Positions 12,170 to 22,533 of a stretch of DNA of 64,000 bases are shown piece by piece (the first letter of the stretch is position 1; every line of letters starts with the position of its first letter). The DNA is taken from assembly GCF_018350175.1 (NCBI RefSeq), contig NC_058368.1, positions 77,254,001-77,318,000 of the forward strand, in the 5' to 3' direction. This stretch comes from Felis catus (taxonomy: Eukaryota). The notes beneath the pieces are model-generated. The model was not told where the DNA came from and searched no databases. It saw only the letters and a program-made list of their open reading frames with translations. Made by a program: the position numbers and the translations under genes.

Positions 12170-12720
12170 CTTCGAGATTCCAGAGATGAGCGAGGGCCGG
12201 GATTTTGTTGGAGTTGTGCGTGGACAGACGTGAGCGTGAAAGAATTAAGGGTTCTGGTGAGAACATAGTTCAGAGGGTCACACAGACAGACCCAAACCGT
12301 GAGGAGAAAATGGAGGAATGAGGAGACCGAGTGGGCACGAGGGAGGGAAGACTGAAAGACCAGGAGGTGGGTGGTTGGTCAGATGGCAGGTATGATGGAG
12401 AAGGGCAGTTCTGGCTGAGGAGACACTGCAGACTCTGGTTGTGGGTGGTGGTGAGTGAACCAGGAAGCAATGGAGGAAGAGGAAGCGGGCAATATTACGG
12501 GAAAGATGTACGTCCTTTCCTGATTCCTTGGCGCTGAGGCTGTGGCACACGCTTTGAAGAGGGCCAGGAGGAACGTAGTTTCCAGGTAGGGCCAGCGCGA
12601 GGAAGAAGACGCAGGGAAAGAAAGTTCCAGGGCAGCCTCTGGGACAGGGTGCCACCCAAGCCAAAGCGCAGAGAATTGCAGAGTGACAGCGTCAGTGACG
12701 GTCCTCAGCAGAGAACTAAT
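12170..12720 (-). mobile_element. L2 ORF2 endonuclease-domain fossil
   Basis: Frameshifted minus-strand translation gives LALALP/ETT (cf. LLALTETW), IPAI..PPPG (cf. AVIYRPPG) and PLIL (cf. PVLILGDFN) in the expected order. Confidence 0.45.
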
Positions 12721-12859
12721 GAGCAGTGACACCCACATTCTGGGGAGTAGGAAGGAATGATAAGGACACGGGACGTGGAATGCTTATTTGGTTCCCAGTT
12801 GACTGTTGCATTTGATGCATGCAGGCCCGGGATGTAAGGAGGCCATGCTCAGGAAGGAT

Positions 12860-13140
12860 GAAGGCACGTGCCCTCATCGGTGTGCGGCAGGCACCGTGAA
12901 GACCAAGACAAGGGACTATGATCTAGGCTGTGGAGGAGTTGCCTGTGTGGGTCCATGGGGGGAAAGAACCGTGTAAGCAGGATGTTATAGGGGCACATAG
13001 AGGGGGGGCTGGCTTTATAGAAGACACAAGGCTGGTGATTCTGGACAGGTGGGTAAGATGCGGTTGGCAGAAGGTGTAAGAGCAGGGGGCACTCCAGATG
13101 GTTTCAAGGCATAGCACCTGACTGGAGGCAGGTGGGTGGA
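12860..13140 (-). mobile_element. L2 3' fragment
   Basis: GGCAGGCACCGTG...GGAGGAGTTGCCTGT...GGGGGCACTCCAG resembles the antisense L2 3' end. Confidence 0.5.
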
Positions 13141-14838
13141 CCGGAGGGGGAGGTCTGAATGCCACAGCTCTACTGTAGCGACATCCTTGAATACTGGACC
13201 GCAGGGTTTGGGTAAATCTTCTGGTCTTGAGCCTTGGAGGAGGAACTGAATGGGTTCCTCTGAAGTAGATGAGCAAGAGACAAATACTAATGAAGCCCTG
13301 CCTTCTTGGTGAGGTCGGTGTTCTGTTCTTCAGATGGTCTCCATGATTCCTCCTTAGGCGGTCTCGAGGAAACTCAAGACTGGTCCTAACAGAGGAGAAG
13401 GCACCCACATTGACAGAGTCGCTACAGGGGAGTTACAAATGGGGTCTTACTGGCGAATGCCTGGCCATCCACATGGTTCATTTAGGCTGGTATGTGTATA
13501 TTTCAGTTAGTGACAGCAGTCTAATTTTTATGGGAACTCACTATTGTCATTCCCTGGGAACCTCGAGGGATGGAGTGTGATGAAAATGGTAGACGGAAAA
13601 GATGAGGTAAAGTTTTGCCCATCAGGCTATTAAGTTGTGGGTTTGTTTTTTTTTCATACGGTTCTCGTTATCTTTATGTTTGAAAGACCTTCTGTTATAT
13701 ATCACTGTAAAGTCACATTACAAGATGTGAGTTTTGATGGAAAGTGCCTCCTCGATAGATAAAAGAAGATGCCAATTGGGTCTGAACCTAGAGAAATCAG
13801 GTGTGAAGGATGGCTCCACTGTGCTCCTTGGGGAGTGATAGAAATAGAGATAAGGGGAAACAGATAGACAATCGGTGTGGACTTTAGGCTTTTGATCATG
13901 GATAGCACCTAGCAACTGATTCTGCACTGACTCGAGACGTAAACAGTGACAGGGCCAGAACCACTTGATGGTGTCATAAATAATCTCTTCCCATGAGGAA
14001 TTTGGAAAACATTATTAGCATGGCCATTGACACTACGCTGAACATGCTTGCTTTAAGTGTTCTGGAAGAGAGAAAGACACTTAAAAATGACCCTGAAATG
14101 CTAGAAAGGTGATGTCACAAAACAGAGATATCTACAGAGATCATTTTATGCCCATAGATTGAGAATGCATGGATCTTATTTCTTACTTTGGAACCATGTT
14201 TGTAACTCTGAAACTTTTTGATATTGTTTCCCACATATTGCAGTCTGTTTTCTGGAAATGGTCTTGAATCAACCAAACTAATGTTCATATAATGAGAGAA
14301 TGTAATTTTTTTTTTATTTTTCCAAGTGTTCTCCATCAATTTTTCTCAAACTATCTATGGTGAGAAGCCAGGTTTTAAAACTCCCAACTCTTTTAAAACC
14401 ATACCTTTGTAAACTGCAAAAAAAAGTGAAATACTAGGAAAAACAAAAAGAAAAGGAATGCACAATGTAAGCCGCAATTTTTGTATTCCGGGATTCAACA
14501 GGGGTAACTGTCAAAATGTTCTAGATGTTTCTAAATGGTTGTTCTCAATTCCAACATCTGTCTAGTTAAGGACGGGTAGTAGTTTTGGACTAGGATTGAA
14601 GCACTGAGGCTTATATTTGTAGGCTGTAAGTAGGGGGGTCTGAGGCTGACCCTGAACACTCTCTAGGGGCCTGCTGAGGAGATCAGCCCATGGTCGGTGG
14701 TGAAGTTTTCCAGATGAGTCAGAGCCAAATCCCACCCATAAAGAGCTCACAGTTTGATGCTACCTTTCAGGAAGATCAGATGCTAGTCAACTCAACCCTG
14801 CATAGTTTTGTTGGAAGCCCCGTTTTTAAAAAAAAAAA

Positions 14839-15036
14839 TTTTTTAATGTTTATTTATTTTTGAGAGAGACAGAGACAGAGTGTGAGTGGGAGAGGAGCAG
14901 AGAGAAAGGGGGACAGAATCCAAAGCAGGCTCCAGGCTCAGCACAGAGCCTGACGCAGGGCTCGAACTCATAAACTGCGAGATCGAGACCTGAGCAGAAG
15001 TCAGACGCTTAACCCACTGAGCCACCCCGGTGCCCC
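14839..15036 (-). mobile_element. Can-SINE
   Basis: Reverse copy; degenerate TSD GGA..CCCC.TTTTTAAAA. Confidence 0.95.
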
Positions 15037-15066
15037 GGGATCCCCTTTTTAAAACAGTTATATTCA

Positions 15067-15278
15067 AGGGCCAGCTGGGTGGCTCAGTGGGTTAAGCATC
15101 CAACTCCTGACTTCAGCTCAGGTCATGATCCCACAGTTTGTGAGTTCAAGTCCTGAGTCGGACTCTGCACGACAACGCAGAGACTCTCTCTCTCTCTCCC
15201 TCTCTCTCTGACCTTCGCCACTCATGCTTTCTCTCTCTCTCTCTCAAAATAAATACATAAACTTTGAAAAGGAAATTT
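15067..15278 (+). mobile_element. Can-SINE (older), head-to-head with the preceding copy
   Basis: GCTGGGTGGCTCAG head, CT body, AAAATAAATACATAAACTT tail. Confidence 0.92.
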
Positions 15279-15329
15279 AAAAGCCAGGTACATTTAAATG
15301 TAAAATCATGAATTTGATCACTAAAAAAT

Positions 15330-16200
15330 GCTTTTTTATTTCCAAATTTCTGTTTCTGTGATGATTTTTTTGTTGAGCTTAAACAATTAGTCAGTTGAAA
15401 CCCTAAGTCTTTCTGGTTTCAGCTCACACTTGAACAATTCCTTGATGATCCTTTCTTCATAGATTTCTTGTTGTTCAACAAGAAAAATATCCCGTATCTT
15501 TCCCTTTGCTGCTAAATCACACTCTATTTATTATTTCAGTGTTATTTTGAATTCTAACTCTGTGGCTAAAGGTGATAATTGTACCTCTTAGACTATTGCT
15601 GGTTCGCTTAACAAGTGTGCAGTCTATTTTATATGTGGTAAAATGGAAAATATTAAATAGGACTGGATCGCAGCTAGACCTCTTACAAAATCCCACTTTA
15701 TTAAGCTGTAACATTGAAATGGAATTCTTCATTGATTAATATCTCAGTGAAACACCACAATTATGTCTGTGCCCATGTAACTTTATTATGACCTCCAGCC
15801 CTAGTTCATATGTACTCAGATTATATGGGAACGTTATAAGAGACAATAAACTTTATTAGGGAAGAAATATGATGCCATTTCTGCCCTCTAATTTACCAGG
15901 CTATCACTACTGTAGGAAGAAATTATAAAACTTTGACAACCTTTTGCCTCACGATGGCCTGTGAATTATTATCTGGCACTAGGTGCTGTTCTCGGTGCTT
16001 GCAAATTGATTTTTGGATGATTTGTTCTGGTTTTCCCAGGTAAGGAAAATAAGCTGACGCCTGTAGTTCTAGGGTCATTGTTCATCCCATTTTTAAATAT
16101 AGACACTACATCTGCCCTTTCCGGGTCCTCTAGTGTCCTCCACGAGTTCTGACAATAATAGCTGGTCATCTGATGGACATGTCAGCTGAGTCCTTGGACA
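15330..16200 (-). mobile_element. L3/CR1 LINE ORF2 (reverse transcriptase) fossil
   Basis: Minus-strand peptides SWRTLEDPERADVVSIFKNG..DP..VSLFSLPGK (cf. CR1 W..ANVVPIFKKG..DPGNYRPVSLTSIPGK), PVLFNIF...CTLVK...RVRIQN and KDLG, all collinear. Confidence 0.85.
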
Positions 16201-16493
16201 TACTAAGAGGTTAGTCCCGGGCATTTGAAAAAAATCTAAGCTTTACTTTTTTTTTTTTTTTTTTAAGTAGAAGGAAGCCAAAGATGGTACAACTAACAAG
16301 ACAAAGGCAGACAACCATTTATGGACGGGAGCCTGTTCGTTCTGGTGGGAGGACACCATCAAGCTTTGATGGGAAAGGACCATTCAGGGCGATTTCTGGT
16401 CTTCCTTATACAAACCCAACATTGGGTCCAAAAAGTGTCCTGCTAATTTTATGCCCCTCCTGCCATAGGTGCAAAAAAGAATAGCAGGTGTTA

Positions 16494-16827
16494 TTCTTCT
16501 TTTTTTTCACCTTTAAAAATTTTTTAATTTTAATTTAATTAATTAATTAATTAATTAATTAATTAATTTTCAAGTTAATTAGCATACAGTGTAGTCTTGG
16601 CTTCAGGAGTGGAGCCCAGTGATTCATCACTTCCATACGACACCCAGGGCTCATCCCAAGTGTCCTCCTCAATGCCCATCACCTCTTTAGCCCACCCCCA
16701 CCCCCATCAACCCTCAGTTTGCTCTCTGTATTGAAGAATCTCTTCCGGTTTGCCTCCCTCTCTGTTTTTATCTTATTTTTCCATCCCTTCCCCTCAGCCT
16801 ATCTGTTAAGTTTCTCAGATTCCACAT
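16494..16827 (-). mobile_element. Carnivore L1 3' end, 5'-truncated; tail contains (TTAA)8
   Basis: GATTCATCACTTCCATACGACACCCAGGGCTCATCCCAAGTGTCCTCCTCAATGCCCATCAC..CAACCCTCAGTTTG..CAGATTCCACAT; (TTAA)8 at 16535-16566. Confidence 0.9.
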
Positions 16828-17998
16828 TAACACATGTCTGTCTTATCAGTGTCTTCATCAGAATTGCAAAGCCAAGTGGCCCATAGCGAAGTCCAGGCCC
16901 TTGGCAAGAACTGGACCAGCCCATCAGACCCGGCACTGGTATTTAGGTGGCAGGGAAGGGCCCATAACTCTGTGTGGGCAGAGACCATGCTTCTGCAAGA
17001 GGCCCCGGGGCATTTAGGGAATGCTGGGTGAATGGCTGGGTGCACCGTGCCGGATAGGAGCTCTGCTGGGGTTGGGCCCCTGGCCCCTGGGGTCTGATCT
17101 TACCCCCTGCAAGGTGCAGGCTCTTCCTAACTTGTACTAGGGTGCTCTCAGATGCTCGTCCCCAAGAACAACTCTGTGTCCCCATTCACTGTACAGAGTT
17201 CCTCTTGGATTTCCATGAATGTCTCCGCATCAACCTGATGAAGGACTTGGACCCTGAGGGAGGGAAGCCTGTTGTATTTACCCGTCATTTCAAGGCAGTT
17301 TACCACCTCGGCACTGACAGGAACCCGAAGTACGGGGGCCTCAGATTCACCTTCGGGCATCTCTGTCTTCTGGTACCTATTCCGGACAAATAGATGTCAA
17401 ATGAGTCATCTGGCAAAGCTCGGTTTGCGGGTTAATTTGCTTATAAAATATTTAAGAAAAGAATATCTGTTTCCCGAAGCATACAGACATTTACATACAT
17501 AAATCTGGCTACTTGGAGCAGATGATTTTTGCAAGATTCCGCCTAACTCTGCACTTCTGGGAGGAATAGAATGCATGTTTTCTAGGCTTTCCAAACCATC
17601 TGGAGTTGTGGGGGCTGGGAAGCAGCATATATTGAATGAAGCTCTAAATCTCTCTGCCCACGCCAGCCTTCTCTCCCCCTTCTCAAAGCAAAAAAAGTGA
17701 TAGGTGGAGTAGAGGTGCCACACACATCTTTAATTTAAATAAATACCAAACGCCACGCGCACAAGGTTTCTGCTGCTCACGCCAGCACATCATTGATAAT
17801 CTGTTTCTATTCAAATCTCAAAGGGGGACACTTGACACATGGGGATGCATCACTTATACCCAAGTTCCTAACGAGCAACGGACAGGCAATCATATACCTA
17901 GCATACTGAGACCACCGTCCTATCTGTCATCTATCTTAGTAGTGTGAGAAGGTTAAGATTCGCTGTGGTTAACATGTTTTTTGTCTTCCTGTTTTCAG

Positions 17999-18023
17999 AG
18001 GCATAAACTTCCATCCATCAGAG
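17999..18023 (+). other. Candidate 25-nt microexon
   Basis: tgttttttgtcttcctgttttcag|AGGCATAAACTTCCATCCATCAGAG|gtaagc in a repeat-free block; splice signals only, no transcript evidence. Confidence 0.4.
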
Positions 18024-18339
18024 GTAAGCAGGAAGCACATTTGGTCACCCTGAGTATTTTAAATTTCATTTGTGCCCCCCCCTCCCCCCCAAAGCACCTG
18101 TATTCATTTTGTCACCATCGGTGGCCATGCCTGTGCCTAACATTTGGTGTTGCTGGTTAAAATACTATCTACACAGTTTTGGTAGAACCTGTGTGTATGG
18201 AAAGCGCGTGCCTGCCGGTGGGTAGCATGTTTATAAAGAGTTTCGGTGCAGCTGCTGCGGAATCTACAGATACTTGGTTTGTGCCAGCAAGGAAATTTAA
18301 TCTTCAACTAAAGAAAAAAGAAGTGGAAAGGTAGAGATA

Positions 18340-18423
18340 AAGGTAAAACCAGAGAGAAGGGAAAGGGAGAGAGAGAGAGAGAGAGGGAGAGAGAGAGGGA
18401 GGGAGGGAGGGGGGAGGCAAGAG
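18340..18423. repeat. GA-rich purine tract
   Basis: (GA)n/(GGGA)n run read directly. Confidence 0.9.
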
Positions 18424-19783
18424 ACTTTTTTCATCTTTTACCTAATTGCAAGAAAAGAAAGGAACATTTGGCATGCCTTGAACTGAAGGTGACCTGGCAG
18501 GACAATTGTTATATAATTTAGTGACCCTCGCATACTTCTATCAAGGTGTCTGACGTAGTTTTCCTCTTCCATACAAATCTCATGGTAACCTTTGCTCCCC
18601 AGTGGTTTAAACCACATTCTTAAGGGATTAAACTGTTATGACAAAAGAGGAATGTTTAGAAACTGTGCTTTTGCAGCTCAAAATTTGTCAGATTAGAAAC
18701 TGTGTATTTTATAATCTTTAGATCAAAGAAGCTCTCCATCAAAGCTTTATGTCGACTACAATATTTTCCCAACCTTTGTTGAACCTGAATTGTTTTGGAT
18801 TATCTCACATCGGGTTCACTGAGTATGCCTAGACTAATGTGGGGGGAAAAGCTTTCTCGCAGATATTTTAAACATTTCACATGCGCAGGGCTCAGGAGCT
18901 GGGCTCCTGTACCCGCTTACGGAGTGGGGCAGCTCGCCTTGAAGGTCTTTTCAACTCCAGTTTTATGTGAGATGCTTTTTGAGATTAGTCTGACAGATAA
19001 AACCCTACGGGGCAACCGTTTATTTTCCATTAAGAACACTGCTCACTTTCTTTAACCAGCTGACCGAGTGCTCCGTAAAGAGGCCTTTTGATAGAGTTTT
19101 TACATCTCGATGGATTAGGTATCATTACCCCGTTGGAAAAAGAACAGTTCAATTTTCTCAGAAGAATGGTTTGTCAGAGCAGAGCGGTTTGTCTTTATCC
19201 GTCTCTAAATCCAGCAATCATGTTTCCCAAACAGGCACAAAGCAATGATCATTCAAAGTTCAAATTGCCAATTAATTTGGAATCGGCTCCTTGAATTCCT
19301 GTATTATTGTACCGTGGTGAATCCAGTAAGGCAAGCATGAGGTCAATTGGATAGTATCTGTTATAAAATTTCTTTGTATGTTAAAGGAGAAAAAAATCAA
19401 TGCAATCGTTTGCAACGGGAGATGTCTTCAAAATCGAATCTATTGATGGATAAAATGTTTTTAAGGAAAACCTAAATTAAGATGGAGTGCTTTCAAAATT
19501 ACTTTTTTGATGTATGAATGAGAGACATTTTGCTTGCAGAAAATACATGCAATTGAATTACCTGTTCCACATGCTTTGCATCCTGTTTTTCATTGTATCA
19601 GAAAAGGGGAAGGCAAGAATGTAGCATGTGGAAAATATAATTCAGTTGCATTTATTTCTGCAAGGAAGACGTCTCTCATTCATATATCATAGAGTGTGAT
19701 GTACATTGTCAAAGAGGTGCGTGATCGACCATTGTATTCCAGGAAAGTGGGAGACGATAAACGTGGATGTTGTTTTTCTTTAG

Positions 19784-19806
19784 ACCGTCACCTTTATGGT
19801 GACATG
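19784..19806 (+). other. Candidate 23-nt microexon ending in ATG
   Basis: tgttgtttttctttag|ACCGTCACCTTTATGGTGACATG|gtaagt; splice signals only. Confidence 0.37.
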
Positions 19807-20280
19807 GTAAGTGCGTTGCTCAAATGAGTTAATGAAGACCAGTCTCGGAAGGATGTCAAGGATGTCGTCCCTAAAATCATTGTTACTGATAGAATTATGT
19901 TCATCGCATGGAACCCACCGGAGAAATTTCTTCTGCTTTTAATAATAGGAAGTGTTGTGGTCCTTTTGAGCACCTGCTTTGTTTGTAACTTCAGAGCATG
20001 TAAATTCCTGCATCTGTTTGGTTACTCCCGTCCACGTGACTACAAGAATACCTGAGTCCTTGTTCGTGGGGCGGCCCTAGACAGGTGCAGGAGGTTCGGG
20101 GAGGGGGGGCATTCTGCAATCTGACTTCACTCCAGATTGCATTTTACTTTTCCACCTTTTCAACTTTTCTTAGATTTTCATTACCTACATTAGTTAATTT
20201 TATTTTGTTCTGTGGCTCGCATCTTTGTTACTTAAGTTGCTCTTGGAAATAAGAAAAGGGTAAATTATTAAAAATAGAGC

Positions 20281-20332
20281 TGTGTGTGTGTGTGTGCGTG
20301 TGTGTGTGTGTGTGTGTGAAAGAGAGAGAGAG
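20281..20332. repeat. Compound (TG)n(AG)n microsatellite
   Basis: Read directly. Confidence 0.96.
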
Positions 20333-21096
20333 AATAATGCTGCGAGGTAAAAAAGCAAAAGTTGAAAATTCCAGATACAGCGATATAAGCAAAGCACGGA
20401 GCTGTGTTGGTCTAGGGTGGAATGCAGGCGTCTCTCATTTCAGCAGAAGCTGTGCATCAATTCACACTTGGCCAGAGTCCTCTACCGGCTTTGGGGACCT
20501 TGCCTTGTCCTCCAAACCAGCTGGTCAGCCAGCAATAAGCCTTTCCGCACAGAGGTCTGTACTGTGACTACCAGAAGTTTCATGGTGTCAGAAAATGACC
20601 TCTCTGTTCTTGCGGATCCAGTGTTTCACGGAGAGAGGCAGACTAAGTATGCAAGAATAGATTTCCTATCAACACGATTAACATTTATGTCAATAGATAC
20701 ATAACTAATTGCAGTTTTATGGAGGTATCTCTGCCTGTACAAGAAGGAAGTGCTGGGATGGCCGAGGGCAAAGACACTGGCGACTGTTAGGCGAAGCTAT
20801 TGGAATCTTAATTTAGGGGTCAAGGAGAATACAAGAAACACTGCATAGGACACTTGTCAGGCCTGGTGACAAAGCTAGATATAGTGTATCTAATTTTTCT
20901 CCAAGTTAGGATCATTAGAAGGTTAAGTTGATTCCATCTGGGAACATGTTTGTCTCTAACAAAAAATGAAAGAGATGTTTAACATTGCAAAATATAGGAA
21001 GTAACAAATTACTAAGTTGAAAAGTAATGTCCATAACAGCTAGTGTTTATTGGAGAGTATTTTGTCCTTGCTTTCCATTTTACAGAGACTATTACT

Positions 21097-21247
21097 TTTT
21101 TTTTCAATATATGAAGTTTATTGTCAAATTGGTTTCCATACAACATCCAGTGCTCATCCCAAAAGGTGCCCTCCTCAATACCCATCACCCACCCTCCCCT
21201 CCCTCCCACCCCCCATCAACCTTCAGTTTGTTCTCAGTTTTTAAGAG
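21097..21247 (-). mobile_element. Young feline L1 (L1_Fc-like) 3' tip, about 150 bp
   Basis: Poly-T then CAATATATGAAGTTTATTGTCAAATTGGTTTCCATACAACATCCAGTGCTCATCCC; perfect 16-bp TSD TACAGAGACTATTACT (21081-21096, 21248-21263). Confidence 0.95.
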
Positions 21248-22149
21248 TACAGAGACTATTACTGAGAAGGAGGTGGGGCCCCAGGGTGAGTGGTATCCCA
21301 CAGGAAGAGGGCGGCCCCAGGTTAGATTTCATGGCACAGGAAGAGGGCGTTGGGAGCCATCAGGCAGACGGAAGGCAGGCCCCAGGTTGGGTGCCCTGGC
21401 GCAGAAAGAGCGTGCAGACTCAGAGACACAAGGAGGACAGAAAGCTAAGGAAACCCAACATTTCATGGGCAAACACAGGGAGCAGGGCTCATGGAGGAAA
21501 CTGGCAGACACAGGCCAAGCTGAGAGGCAGTTTCAGGGGACTCTTGTGCCGGTGGTCAGTGCCCAACTCCCAGAAGGAAGAGCAAAGCAGCAAGATTGAA
21601 CATGGCTGGTGGAATCCAACGAAGGAAGTGGTCCTGAGTGATTTTAGTGGAGTTTTAAGCTTAGGGGAGGGTCAGGTTACCAGCGAACTGAGAAGCTAAG
21701 TGTGCGAATGGCACAGGACAGCGTCCCCAGGGATTCGCTGTGTAGAAGGGATGACAGAGAGGGGGAGAGGAGGAAGAGAAACCATGTGAGGGTAAAACTG
21801 AGCCGTGGTGGCAGCTGAGATGCACTCTTCCCCCCTCCAATCTGGTCCCTCAGCCCCAGCCTCCCTGGCTCCTGAGTGGCGCTCAGCCTGGGGACTGTCC
21901 TGCCAGCTCCTGTCCCTGCAACGTCAGGTCCAAAATCGGAGCCCTCTTCTCTCAAATGGTGGTTACATGGCATGGTACTCAGAGAGTTCTAACCCCGTGG
22001 ACTTCTAGGGTTCCAGCATGAGTAATAATATTCTATGGAAAAATGTGCTTTGGTCTCCAAATAACTTTTTTGGAACAGAATTATTTATGTCCTGCATAAT
22101 ATCTGCTCTCTTGTGTAATCCCTATTGAAGATTTTCATTCATCTGTTCT

Positions 22150-22250
22150 ATTTTTTTTAATTTATTTATTGACACCCAATGTAGGGCTTGAACTCATGAC
22201 CCCGAGATCAAGAGTCACATAATCTTCCAACTGAGCCATCCAGGTGCCCC
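22150..22250 (-). mobile_element. Short tRNA-Lys-like carnivore SINE monomer without CT body
   Basis: Minus strand reads GGGGCACCTGGATGGCTCAGTTGG..GACTCTTGATCTCGGGGTCATGAGTTCAAGCCCTACATTGGGTGTCA plus an A tail; TSD TTCAT(T/C)CATC(T/C)GTTCT. Confidence 0.88.
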
Positions 22251-22337
22251 TTCATCCATCCGTTCTTGATAAATTACTACCTCGGTTAATTCTTAACCTT
22301 TTTCTTGGGGGCGGGGGATATGTTATAACTTTAATAG

Positions 22338-22360
22338 TTTTTTTAAGTTTATTCATTTAT

Positions 22361-22411
<51 letters not shown>

Positions 22412-22533
22412 CCCAAAAAGGCTCCACATTTTCAACCCAGAGCCCAACATGGGACTCGATCCCATAAACTGTGAGATCATGACCTGAGTAGAAATCAGGA
22501 GTTGGTCGCTTAACTGACTGAGCCAGGCACCCC
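22338..22533 (-). mobile_element. Can-SINE with expanded (GA)n
   Basis: Reverse head, long AG run, T tail. Confidence 0.92.

Noticed and set aside
14330..14610. Possible hAT-Charlie remnant (TTCTCAAACT...GAAGCACTG)
   Set aside because: Termini too degenerate to call a family by eye
17197..17372. Protein-looking frame EFLLDFHECLRINLMKDLDPEGG... with an upstream AG, in phase with the 17999 microexon
   Set aside because: Donor CTG|gtacct is weak and I recognise no homologue; revisit only if the microexons validate
21027..21699. 190-aa and 192-aa ORFs
   Set aside because: They run through an L1 3' UTR insertion and MIR-like or GA-rich sequence; chimeric chance ORFs
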